Virus record (IMG/VR): IMGVR_UViG_3300022921_000100
Location: 1 to 24,674 of that record
DNA length: 24,674 bases
Origin: a virus
Taxonomy: Duplodnaviria > Caudoviricetes
Reading direction: 5' to 3' (one strand)
The notes under the pieces are model-generated. The model saw only the letters and a program-made list of their open reading frames with translations. It searched no databases and had not been told where the DNA came from. The position numbers were made by a program, and so were the translations under genes. Positions 1-8,908 of the stretch are shown piece after piece (the first letter of the stretch is position 1; every line of letters starts with the position of its first letter).

Positions 1-2
1 TT

Positions 3-953
3 ATGCACAACTTGTCCAGCAATAGATGCAGGAGTATAATTTATCTCGCCAGTATTTGGATTATATTGTAATATATTTGATGCAGTTTGTGATAATTCCG
101 CAATTGGTTTCACAGTAAATGATGATACCACCGGAGAGTCTAAACTAGATCCTGAAGCATTTAATATAATACTATTAGCGTGTTGATTAGTTCTTCCAGC
201 GTTTGTTCCAATTGCTATAGAATAATCACCTTGATTAAATAAACCAGCACTAGGTCCTATTGCTACTGCTGAGTCCCCTTGATTAGATCCACCGGCACTT
301 GTGCCTAATGCTGTTGCATAAAGCCCTTGATTTGTTTGACCTGCATATGCACCAACGGCAGTTCCATTATCTCCTTGATCAGTTTCACCCGCTTGTCTAC
401 CAATTGCAACCGCTTCACCAAAAGTTTGTCCTTGATTAGTTTTACCTGCATCTAAACCAATTGCAATAGACCATGGATATTGACCACTATATCCAGCATT
501 TTCTCCAATTGCTATAGCCTTAGTGCCTTGATTATTTGCGCCGGCCAAATTTCCTATGGCTACTGCACTAGTGCCTTGATTAATTTGTCCAGTATCTGTG
601 CCTATAGCTACAGCAAATTGCCCTTGATTTTCCCAGCATACATTAGAGCCTATTGCAACTCCACCAAATCCCTGATTTGATTGTCCTGCCGCTGCTCCTA
701 TAGCAACAGCTTGTTGACCTTGGTCCTCTTCCCCTGCAGCAAAACCTATTGCAATAGAATTTGCAGATTGATTAGTTTTTCCTGCAGATCCTCCTACGGC
801 TATGCCGCTATTTGCTTGATTAGTTTCTCCTGCACTTGTTCCTATTTTTACTTGATTAGAATTAAATTGCGTATCAATATACTCAAAATTTTCATCAAGT
901 AGTGTAAGTGCTATTTGACCAGTTTTATCTGAAAATGTATTAGGTGTTGCCAT
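3..953 (-). CDS. Tail fibre/adhesin with YadA-head-like 16-aa beta-roll repeats (3' end runs off the window)
   Basis: Not in the ORF track. Translated by hand from ATG 953: MATPNTFSDKTGQIALTLLDENF..., then about 14 repeats of (A/S)(V/I)AIGxxAGxxNQGxx; no stop before the window edge. Confidence 0.8.
   Translation of the reverse strand, partial: MATPNTFSDKTGQIALTLLDENFEYIDTQFNSNQVKIGTSAGETNQANSGIAVGGSAGKTNQSANSIAIGFAAGEEDQGQQAVAIGAAAGQSNQGFGGVAIGSNVCWENQGQFAVAIGTDTGQINQGTSAVAIGNLAGANNQGTKAIAIGENAGYSGQYPWSIAIGLDAGKTNQGQTFGEAVAIGRQAGETDQGDNGTAVGAYAGQTNQGLYATALGTSAGGSNQGDSAVAIGPSAGLFNQGDYSIAIGTNAGRTNQHANSIILNASGSSLDSPVVSSFTVKPIAELSQTASNILQYNPNTGEINYTPASIAGQVVH
175..855 (-). repeat. Degenerate 48-nt (16-codon) coding tandem repeat, about 14 units
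   Basis: Units such as AVAIGAAAGQSNQGFG, AVAIGTDTGQINQGTS and AVAIGPSAGLFNQGDY; ccttgatt recurs at about 48-nt spacing on the + strand. Confidence 0.85.
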
Positions 954-1457
954 TTAAGTTGTCCAAGTTATTTCGTTGTTATTATTATCTACCCAAGTTA
1001 TTGTATTACCGTTAGCATTTGTCCATGTAACAATAATTCCTTCTGGATTTACATATCTTGCTAATTGTCTTTTATCATAATCAAGACTATTATTGACTAT
1101 AATACTATATGTTTGTGAAGCACCACCTGCAGTTGCTTCGAATGTATATGTTTTTGTTGTTGCTGGATCTTGTATAAAATGATAAACACCATACAATTCA
1201 TCTGTGTTTATCTCGCTCCATTTTTGTACTTCAACAAATGTATCTTGCTTTGTTCTATATTTAATTGTTTGATCAAATACATCTTGATAAATGCCAGAAA
1301 TAGTGTTATTTGTTATAATTACACCAGAATCTGAATCATTTGTTGTTATTGTTACATTTTCAGATTGTCCACTAATATTAGTATATGTAATCGTAAAACT
1401 AAAAGCGTCACGTTCATCAACAGTTCCGAGAGTTGTATTACTTGGACTCCATCCCAT
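954..1457 (-). CDS. T4 gp5.1-like baseplate-associated protein with a C-terminal ITW repeat extension
   Basis: Directly downstream of gp5. SGVIITNNTISGIYQDVF..IKYR..W and ..QLARYV resemble T4 gp5.1 as I recall it. Confidence 0.55.
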   Translation of the reverse strand: MGWSPSNTTLGTVDERDAFSFTITYTNISGQSENVTITTNDSDSGVIITNNTISGIYQDVFDQTIKYRTKQDTFVEVQKWSEINTDELYGVYHFIQDPATTKTYTFEATAGGASQTYSIIVNNSLDYDKRQLARYVNPEGIIVTWTNANGNTITWVDNNNNEITWTT

Positions 1458-3697
1458 TAGGCAATCAACACAAACTGACCATTAGGTGAGGCTCGTTTGT
1501 GATCCCTCATTGTAAATGCATTAAATCGATTAGCAGTATATTTAAACGATACATGAATCCATACAGTTGACTTACCCGAGTATTCTAATATAATTTGATC
1601 ATACGGTACCATTTTTGCTAATTGACATGCCGCTTCTTTATGCTGTTCTCTACTAAATCCAGGTATGACAATATCTGCAGCTTGGCCTAAATAATGTTGT
1701 GATGTAGCACTTGATCCTCTTACATCTCCAGGTCTTCTAAAGCCAGATGTAATCACCATATTTGGATACATTTCAGCAAGTGGCTCTAATATATTTTCAC
1801 ATAAGCCTTTAAGGTTACATACAATCTCATTTGGTGATAATCCTTGTTGTGCTACTGGCATACGTGAACCATTCTTTGTTAATGCACTGAGTGTAAAGTG
1901 TTTACTTAAATATAAATCTGGTGTAAACTTCTCAATGCCATTGATAATTGTGCATGATTGAGGTAATGCAGTAACCCCGTTTGGTGTTACGTTACATGTT
2001 GCTTGCACTGTACCAAAATCTTCGTCTTCTGGATCTAATGTACCTTCATTAATACGTTTAGCAATATATGCAGTAGGATCGCCTTCTTCTGGTGTTTCAT
2101 AGTGAGCAGCAGCTTCTACACCGCGAGTAATCACCTGTAGTTCTTTAAATGTTGGCATAACTGGATCATATGCTAATGGTGTTGTTAATCCTGAAGATAC
2201 CGCAACCCCACTATTAAAGTCAATACGTGTTGCATCACCTGCAATATTACCTGATGCAGTCATATCAATATTACCATCATGAGCTTCTAAATTAATTGAT
2301 CCTGCTTTAACTTTATATGAACCAAGTACTGATGTTTCCATATTACCGTGCACATGAGTTTTAACATTACCCATTACTTCAATATTGGTATCATTATTAA
2401 CTTTAACATTCCAATTGCCATCAATAGTAATATTACCTGAACCTTTAACATATACATGATCATTACGTTCTAATATTTCATAGTTATCACCAATAATCTT
2501 TTCTACTTTAGTGCCATTTGCATCTATCTCAAAGAATGTACCTTTTGAATGATACAGATGAATCCGTTCTGAATTCTTTGTATCATCAAATTCAAATACA
2601 TGACCAGATTCTGATTGATAAACATGATTATATGGATATGTTGCATTATATGGTATAGGAGATTGATCCCATGTTACATTAAATGCAGTCACTACATCCT
2701 TTGTTCTTGCTAATTCTTTCTTACGAACAATTGTTTTCTTTATATCTTCGTGTCTTGCAAGTTTATTTGTATCTGGTTCAAATTTATAGAGGGGATACTT
2801 ACCATTAGGATCCCTAAAACCAAATACCATTTTAAGACCATTATCTAGTTGACCTGACGCTGTTGTACTAGAATCGACTGTAGGTATAGCAGCCTTGACT
2901 GGAATAAGGTCACCAGTAGGCCCCGGGATGCCCTCAGCAATAAACTTATCTTTTTCTGCTAAGCGACTTTTTAATTCGCTTTGATTAATTGCTCCATTAA
3001 TTTTAGCTTGTTCAGCAAAGCCAGTTGCCGCTGCAAGATAATCATTATTGTTAAGATCTGATATAATAGACGAACTATCTAATGCTCCTGTTTTATTATA
3101 TTCTAATGATACAAGAGAGTCAAACATTGATTGAGTTATATCTGATTTAACTTGGCTTTTAACTTTTGCTTCTGCTGCCGCAAGTTTAACGTCTTGATAA
3201 GAAACCGATGAGCCTGTTAATTCATTTGCAGTTTGTGAAGAAGTAGTAAATGATGATGCTGAGGCTAAACCAGTAGATTCTTCTAAAGGAGAACCTGATG
3301 TATTTTTTATAAGATCACCCGTTTTTGATGATAGTGTTTCTTCTCCTGTACCAGGAAGATATCCATCTTCCTTAAGAATCATTTCTAAACTATCATCATC
3401 AATAGCACCGTCTTCTTGCGGTATACCACCAATTGTTCCAATTAATATAGGTAATTGTTCTGCCGTATCTCTAAACATAACAATAACCCAAGATCCTTCT
3501 ACTGGACCTATAGGCGAATGCCCAATTCCAGATATTCCTGCCGAAGTTATTGGTTGAAGTGGATATGCCCAGGGCAAATCTTCAGTTTTAATATATGTTT
3601 TATCGTGTGAATGTAATCCTACAACACGTACTTGACATCTTCCTAGTTTAAAAGGATCTTGTCTATTTTCAACAACGCCTGTATATAATTTCATCAT
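1457..3697 (-). CDS. gp5: Baseplate central spike gp5: OB fold, degenerate lysozyme, beta-helix and C-terminal peptidase M15 domain
   Basis: N-terminal GVVENRQDPFKLGRCQVRVVGLH...LPWA; YPYNHVYQSESGHVFEFDDT; VxG beta-helix repeats ending RIDFN; then ITSGFRR..SQHYLGQAAD..WIHVSF. Confidence 0.93.
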   Translation of the reverse strand: MMKLYTGVVENRQDPFKLGRCQVRVVGLHSHDKTYIKTEDLPWAYPLQPITSAGISGIGHSPIGPVEGSWVIVMFRDTAEQLPILIGTIGGIPQEDGAIDDDSLEMILKEDGYLPGTGEETLSSKTGDLIKNTSGSPLEESTGLASASSFTTSSQTANELTGSSVSYQDVKLAAAEAKVKSQVKSDITQSMFDSLVSLEYNKTGALDSSSIISDLNNNDYLAAATGFAEQAKINGAINQSELKSRLAEKDKFIAEGIPGPTGDLIPVKAAIPTVDSSTTASGQLDNGLKMVFGFRDPNGKYPLYKFEPDTNKLARHEDIKKTIVRKKELARTKDVVTAFNVTWDQSPIPYNATYPYNHVYQSESGHVFEFDDTKNSERIHLYHSKGTFFEIDANGTKVEKIIGDNYEILERNDHVYVKGSGNITIDGNWNVKVNNDTNIEVMGNVKTHVHGNMETSVLGSYKVKAGSINLEAHDGNIDMTASGNIAGDATRIDFNSGVAVSSGLTTPLAYDPVMPTFKELQVITRGVEAAAHYETPEEGDPTAYIAKRINEGTLDPEDEDFGTVQATCNVTPNGVTALPQSCTIINGIEKFTPDLYLSKHFTLSALTKNGSRMPVAQQGLSPNEIVCNLKGLCENILEPLAEMYPNMVITSGFRRPGDVRGSSATSQHYLGQAADIVIPGFSREQHKEAACQLAKMVPYDQIILEYSGKSTVWIHVSFKYTANRFNAFTMRDHKRASPNGQFVLIA

Positions 3698-4986
3698 TAT
3701 AAATTTTCTTCTAAATTTAATATGTAAGAATCTTTAATTAGTTCTAATACACATTCATGATTTTCACGTGTGATAAAATGATTTAAAGAACTTACAATAT
3801 AATTTCCAGATAATATCTTATCTAAATTTTGATCTTCATCATCTGTTAATTTAACCACTTCATTTTTTGTTAATTCTAAATAAACTTTATCCCCTACCGT
3901 ATAGTCAGTTCTACCTGGAACAGTAATTTGTATTTTATGCATTTGTGCTAAATTTATTTGTGACACTCGCTGTTGAATACTTCTGCTAGCCGTTGTATCT
4001 TTATATCCGTTAAATGCGCCATAATGTGAATTAGAATTAAACATTTTTTGTACAGATTTTCGAATACTTCTTGATGAAACAGGAGCATTTTGATTTAAAT
4101 GTGGGAAATCATCATAGTCATCTAACATATCAAAGTTTTTAGCAGTATATTTTTTAGTAACTAAATCATGTTTAATTTGTCTAGATGCCATCATTCCACT
4201 TTTTGCACGATCAATATAATCATACAAAACAGGAACTTCTATGTTTGTTATTCTTCGGTATTCTTCAAATACATCTTTTGTTGATGACCCATCTTGATTA
4301 ACTTTTCTAAAGAATCCATCTGAAATAAAATTTTGTTTAACAGGTTCACTGTATAGTCTTGATATAGACATAAAGTTAAACCCTCTTCTGTTTTCAAAAA
4401 ATATATAATCAGAAGATTCACTTGAATTTTTTGCAAGCTGAGATAGATAATTTAAATTTGTTATTGGTGACCAATAATTAGAAATGTATTTAATACCATT
4501 TGCGGATTCTTCAACATAAACATCTTTATTAGACTCTAAACCGTGTAATTTATCTAAAATAAAACTTTGAGCAATTTCTGAAACTTTTCCTTCAAATGCT
4601 TTGCTAATTTTTTTATTTACATCAACAAGAGCTTCACGTGACATAAAATGAATTTCATATAATAAGTTTCTTTCACCGGATTTTGCTCTGTTTTTTACTT
4701 TAGTAATAACAAACTGATCATCAATAGTCATATTTTTTTCTTCAAAAGACGGTGTTCTAAGAGTAAGGGTAATATATTCTTCACCAATCAGTGGGAATAA
4801 GTTTGCATAGTCTAAGGTTTCTTTAACTACAACTAGTCCAGATATGAATGGTGCAAACATATCTTCATAAAATTCAATAGCCATTACTTGGTTTTTAATG
4901 TCCTGCGAAAACCCAGTAGCAGTAATAATTTGCGCCTTATCAATATTAATATCGCCGGCAAAGCGTATTACTTCATCATTTTTCAT
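3697..4986 (-). CDS. Baseplate hub protein (gp27-like / late control D-like)
   Basis: 429 aa between gp53 and gp5; motifs IEFYEDMFAPFISG, YIFFENRRGFNF, ITVPG..TVGD, LSGNYIVSSLNH. Confidence 0.65.
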   Translation of the reverse strand: MKNDEVIRFAGDINIDKAQIITATGFSQDIKNQVMAIEFYEDMFAPFISGLVVVKETLDYANLFPLIGEEYITLTLRTPSFEEKNMTIDDQFVITKVKNRAKSGERNLLYEIHFMSREALVDVNKKISKAFEGKVSEIAQSFILDKLHGLESNKDVYVEESANGIKYISNYWSPITNLNYLSQLAKNSSESSDYIFFENRRGFNFMSISRLYSEPVKQNFISDGFFRKVNQDGSSTKDVFEEYRRITNIEVPVLYDYIDRAKSGMMASRQIKHDLVTKKYTAKNFDMLDDYDDFPHLNQNAPVSSRSIRKSVQKMFNSNSHYGAFNGYKDTTASRSIQQRVSQINLAQMHKIQITVPGRTDYTVGDKVYLELTKNEVVKLTDDEDQNLDKILSGNYIVSSLNHFITRENHECVLELIKDSYILNLEENL

Positions 4987-5480
4987 TATATACTATCTTT
5001 AAAATTTTTGAGAATTGTTTGTAATAAATTAGGTGCAATTAGTTTAATTCTTCTTTTCTTTTCATTTTCATTAGTTTCATAATCATAATTTGAAACAGAT
5101 AGGGCTTGAGGATTTGAAGAATCAACAATATTTCCATTTGAATCAATATAATGATGAATATCGTATTCATTGCCAACACCATATTTTTCAGTAATATGCT
5201 GTTCTAATTCATATAATGGTAATGGGAAATCATTAATATAATCATATCGTTGATTACATAACATTATAACCCAATGATATGTTGCAGAACCATATACTTT
5301 TTCTGCAATAATTTCTGGTGTTTCTCCATCACGTATATCATATTCATCATAAAGAGTAATGTTTTCGAGTATCTCTTTTCGCACACGAACATTTTGTGTT
5401 ATATCTTTAACTAATAAATATCGATTTTTACCATTTATTGTAAAATCATATAGAAACTTTGGAAATTTTTTAAAATACAT
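4986..5480 (-). CDS. gp53: Baseplate wedge subunit gp53 (LysM-like)
   Basis: MYFKKFP...YDIRDGETPEIIAEKVYG..HWVIM...NENEKKRRIKL pattern; synteny. Confidence 0.92.
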   Translation of the reverse strand: MYFKKFPKFLYDFTINGKNRYLLVKDITQNVRVRKEILENITLYDEYDIRDGETPEIIAEKVYGSATYHWVIMLCNQRYDYINDFPLPLYELEQHITEKYGVGNEYDIHHYIDSNGNIVDSSNPQALSVSNYDYETNENEKKRRIKLIAPNLLQTILKNFKDSI

Positions 5481-6676
5481 TATAAACCACCTTTAATTGT
5501 TTCTTTTGTAAGTGGTAGAAGTTCTCTAAATGTCATTACCACATTAATTTGCGTTGGTGCACCGCCTGCAAATGAATTAAATCTTCCTTGAGGAGTATAG
5601 TTAACATTTAATTCTGTTAAAACGCATGACGTATGTTTATGAATATTTTGGTTTTCTTGGTTACCATGATAATATACTATATCAAATTCTGAAGGATACA
5701 CATATAAAAATGCATTAGCGTCTTTATATTCAGGGTGCATATGATATTTTAATTCATATATGATCTTCTGCACATTTTGCATTTCTTTAGGTGAACGTGG
5801 AAAAAATTGATAATCAATTTGAAATGTTCGAACATCAACACTTTTAAATAGTTGCTCTTTTCTTGGGTTAGGGGCAATTCTTCCTAAACGCTGTAACATT
5901 TTTCCGCCGGCCATATCTTTAGATAATGCTGCGGCCGCAATACCAGACGCAAATTTATTTGTTAAATCTTTTACATCAGTATCTTTAGCATCATTTTCTG
6001 CACCAAATAGCATAGCTGCTCCACCTTGGGCTAATGTTCCAATTAGAGCATCATCTAATACTTCTTCTTCTTGATAATTTGCACTGTACCTAATATTTAA
6101 TTGATTAGGCATATGTAATTTAATTGCAGTTTTTAATCTTCGGGTTTTATTTTGGAAATTAGATGCTGATAATGCAACTGCACCTACACCTAAAGTTGTT
6201 AATGCTAAACCTGCTCCACTAGTTGCAGCACCCCCTCCTCCACCAATTATGGCACCTAAACCTAAAGCACCTGCTGTATTTTTTACAGCTGCAGGCGCTA
6301 TAGCATATGCATCAGCTTCGCCTGAAGTTCCATTCTGTACTTGAGCAGTAGATTCAGAAACAATTCTAGGAGGCTGATCTTTAACAAATAGTTCAGGTTG
6401 TTCTTTAACTAATCTAGAATCTTCAGAAACATTAATATAAAATACAGCATAATTATATCCATATTCATCATTATGCCCTTCTATATCTTCAGGATATGAA
6501 TGGTTTTCTACCTGATACTTATTATCATACTTTGATGGTTTATTTTGTAAATTATATAAAGGTGTAGAAGTTGGATCTGAAGCATTTTTTCTAGCTTCTT
6601 TCCACGTTTCAGAAATACCTTTTCCTACAGAGGATGCAAGATCTTTTGTCTTTTTTCCAATATCTTGTAATGCCAT
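5480..6676 (-). CDS. gp48: Baseplate tail tube cap gp48-like
   Basis: IKLHMP, NPRKEQLFKSVDVRTFQIDYQFFPRS..E, YPSEFDI, CVLTELNVNYTP, MTFRE motifs. Confidence 0.85.
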   Translation of the reverse strand: MALQDIGKKTKDLASSVGKGISETWKEARKNASDPTSTPLYNLQNKPSKYDNKYQVENHSYPEDIEGHNDEYGYNYAVFYINVSEDSRLVKEQPELFVKDQPPRIVSESTAQVQNGTSGEADAYAIAPAAVKNTAGALGLGAIIGGGGGAATSGAGLALTTLGVGAVALSASNFQNKTRRLKTAIKLHMPNQLNIRYSANYQEEEVLDDALIGTLAQGGAAMLFGAENDAKDTDVKDLTNKFASGIAAAALSKDMAGGKMLQRLGRIAPNPRKEQLFKSVDVRTFQIDYQFFPRSPKEMQNVQKIIYELKYHMHPEYKDANAFLYVYPSEFDIVYYHGNQENQNIHKHTSCVLTELNVNYTPQGRFNSFAGGAPTQINVVMTFRELLPLTKETIKGGL

Positions 6677-6701
6677 TACATTTCCTAAAAAGTCTTTATA
6701 T

Positions 6702-6709
6702 TATTTATA
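6702..6709 (-). promoter_or_regulatory. T4-type late promoter TATAAATA for the leftward baseplate operon
   Basis: + strand tatttata at 6702-6709, 25 nt upstream of the gp48 ATG. Confidence 0.85.
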
Positions 6710-6716
6710 ATAAATA
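6709..6716 (+). promoter_or_regulatory. Late promoter variant AATAAATA for gp4
   Basis: One mismatch to TATAAATA, 8 nt before ATG 6725; overlaps the divergent promoter by 1 nt. Confidence 0.65.
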
Positions 6717-6724
6717 TACGATAT

Positions 6725-7159
6725 ATGTATCATAAAAGAAAATATCAACCAATCTACCCTGAAAAGTATGAAGGTGACCCAACAAATATCATTATGAGAA
6801 GCAGTTGGGAAACCCGCTTTGCTGTGTGGTGTGATCGTAATCCGGCTGTAGTTAAATGGTCATCAGAAGAGACAGTAATACCATACCGGTGTCATACAGA
6901 TAATAGATTACATCGTTATTTTGTAGATTTTAGGATTAAATTAAAGCAAACAGACGGTACAATTAAGACTTATATAGTAGAAATCAAACCACATGCACAA
7001 ACTAAACCTCCTGAATATCCTGGTAAGAAAACAAGAAGATTTATTACAGAGTCCTATACATTTATTAAAAATCAATCAAAATGGAAAGCTGCAGAGGAAT
7101 GGTGTAAAGATAGAGGATATGAATTTAAAATAATAACCGAGAAAGAACTTGGTATATAG
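6725..7159 (+). CDS. gp4: Head completion nuclease gp4
   Basis: PEKYEGDPTNIIMRSSWE..WCD.NP..WSSEE..IPY..HRYFVDF..VEIKP..NQSKWKAAEEWC..FKIITEKEL. Confidence 0.95.
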   Translation: MYHKRKYQPIYPEKYEGDPTNIIMRSSWETRFAVWCDRNPAVVKWSSEETVIPYRCHTDNRLHRYFVDFRIKLKQTDGTIKTYIVEIKPHAQTKPPEYPGKKTRRFITESYTFIKNQSKWKAAEEWCKDRGYEFKIITEKELGI

Positions 7160-7161
7160 CA

Positions 7162-7169
7162 TATAAATA
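7162..7169 (+). promoter_or_regulatory. T4-type late promoter TATAAATA for gp2 and downstream genes
   Basis: Exact TATAAATA in the 15-nt gp4-gp2 gap. Confidence 0.85.
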
Positions 7170-7174
7170 ATATT

Positions 7175-7750
7175 ATGGCATCTTTAAAAGACATTTTTGA
7201 TAAAAATCAATATGATTTAGGTCAAGCTGCAAAGAAATCTAAAGATTGGTTTCAGCAGCAAACCAGATTATTAGGTCGTCAACAAGTAACTCCGCAAAGA
7301 GCAATGCGAGGAGGAGAGTTGACATCTAGACCTATGCCCGGTAAGTTATATATGTTTTTATATGATCCAAAACATAAAGACACATTACCATATTATGATA
7401 TGTTTCCTTTAGTTTTTCCTTTTTCAAAGGATTCTACAGGATTTACAGGTTTAAATATGCATTATTTACCGTATCAAATGAGAGTAATGTTATTACAAAG
7501 ATTAATGGATTTTGCATCAAATAAAAGTATGGATGAAACTACACGATTAAAATACTCATGGAGTCTTATAGATGGGGTTTCAAGATATCGTTTAGCTCAG
7601 CCATGTGTTAAGAGATATCTTGCTGGCCATGTAAAAACACAATTAAAAGTTATTCCTGCAAATGATTGGGCAACAGCAATGTTATTACCGGTTGAACAGT
7701 TTGTTGGATCATCAAAACAAAAAGTCTGGCAAGACTCATTAAGAGGTTAA
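7175..7750 (+). CDS. gp2: DNA end protector protein gp2
   Basis: PGKLYMFLYDPKHKDTLPYYDMFPLVF..GLNMHYLP..CVKRYL..W..A.LP..F..VW.DS. Confidence 0.93.
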   Translation: MASLKDIFDKNQYDLGQAAKKSKDWFQQQTRLLGRQQVTPQRAMRGGELTSRPMPGKLYMFLYDPKHKDTLPYYDMFPLVFPFSKDSTGFTGLNMHYLPYQMRVMLLQRLMDFASNKSMDETTRLKYSWSLIDGVSRYRLAQPCVKRYLAGHVKTQLKVIPANDWATAMLLPVEQFVGSSKQKVWQDSLRG

Positions 7751-7751
7751 T

Positions 7752-8462
7752 ATGGCAAAGTTAAACGATTTTATAGCTCAAATTAAGGCTGAAGGCTTAA
7801 TGCGCAATAATAGGTATATAGTTAATATACCTAATCCACCTGGAATGAGTAATGCAATTGATTTGCAAAAGGTATTATTATTTTGTGATTCGGTTTCACT
7901 ACCAGGAGTTACAATTGGAACAAGCCCTGCATTAACATATGGTGAAGTAAGAGAGATGCCATATGAAAAACTATTTCAACCAGTATCAATGACATTTTAT
8001 GTTGATAATTCAATGCATGTTAAAAGATTATTTGATGATTGGCAAGGTTCAATTATTGATACATATAGTAGAGAAACTGGGTATTATGCAGATTATACAC
8101 GGGATATAGATATAACTGTATTTGATGTATATGATAATACCAGATATTTAGTTACATTACATGAAGCATATTTAAAAGATATTGGACAAATACAACTAGA
8201 TGCATCAAATAAAGATGTAATGAAATTAAATGTAACAATGCAATACAAATATTGGACCTCAGCATTATCAATGAATACAGTCCAATATCCAGATAATAGA
8301 GGCTTTTTTGAAAAGCTTTTTGCGGGATTTCTAGGCGACTCAATGAAATTACCAACAGATTATTTTAGTGACTTTAATTCATTTCAAGGTGACTATAATA
8401 GTAATAGCGTAACTCCTCAATTAGGAGGACATAGTTTGTCTGGAGCTTCATACAGATATTAA
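7752..8462 (+). CDS. gp54: Baseplate tail tube initiator gp54-like (tail tube fold)
   Basis: GLMRNNRY..CDSVSLPG..MTFYVD..FDDWQ..Y..DY..V.L.EAY..I..IQLD..VTMQYKYW. Confidence 0.75.
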   Translation: MAKLNDFIAQIKAEGLMRNNRYIVNIPNPPGMSNAIDLQKVLLFCDSVSLPGVTIGTSPALTYGEVREMPYEKLFQPVSMTFYVDNSMHVKRLFDDWQGSIIDTYSRETGYYADYTRDIDITVFDVYDNTRYLVTLHEAYLKDIGQIQLDASNKDVMKLNVTMQYKYWTSALSMNTVQYPDNRGFFEKLFAGFLGDSMKLPTDYFSDFNSFQGDYNSNSVTPQLGGHSLSGASYRY

Positions 8463-8474
8463 TAGAGGTATATT

Positions 8475-8906
8475 ATGAGTACTGATGATAATCTGTCTAA
8501 AGTGTTCGATACAGAACCTATGGATAAGACAGAAGTTATAAAGAAAGACGGAACGGTGTTACCACCTAAGTCTAAAAAGATGGAAGAAAATATTAATTTT
8601 GACTATGACAGGTCTCGTGATAACCTTCATGGACTTTTAGTTAATGGTCAAGATGCATTGATGAATGCATTAGAGATTGCTAAACAATCTGAACACCCTA
8701 GAGCGTTTGAGGTTGTAGGTAACTTAATTAAGCAGCTAGCTGATGTGAATGAACAGCTACTTAATCTACATGAAAGAAAGCAAAAATTAGATAACCCTAA
8801 AGGTTCTGAAAAGAAAGAAGGCGTTACTAATAATAATGCTATCTTTGTAGGCAGTACAAGTGAGTTGAATAAACTACTTAATGATTTAGATAATAAAGGA
8901 GATTAG
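8475..8906 (+). CDS. gp16: Terminase small subunit
   Basis: DYDRSRDNL..GQDAL..AKQSEHPRAFEVVGNLIK..NNNAIFVGSTSELNKLL; SD GAGG upstream. Confidence 0.88.
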   Translation: MSTDDNLSKVFDTEPMDKTEVIKKDGTVLPPKSKKMEENINFDYDRSRDNLHGLLVNGQDALMNALEIAKQSEHPRAFEVVGNLIKQLADVNEQLLNLHERKQKLDNPKGSEKKEGVTNNNAIFVGSTSELNKLLNDLDNKGD

Positions 8907-8908
8907 TA

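Noticed and set aside
175-855. Periodic ~48-nt repeats as a possible CRISPR array or DGR
   Set aside because: Repeats are degenerate, in frame and protein-coding, with no identical repeat/unique spacer pattern, no adenine-specific TR/VR pair and no RT gene in the window.
480-902. Plus-strand Cys/Ser/Tyr-rich ORFs 480..680 and 681..902
   Set aside because: Antisense shadows of the repeat fibre gene; their periodicity comes from that gene's repeats.
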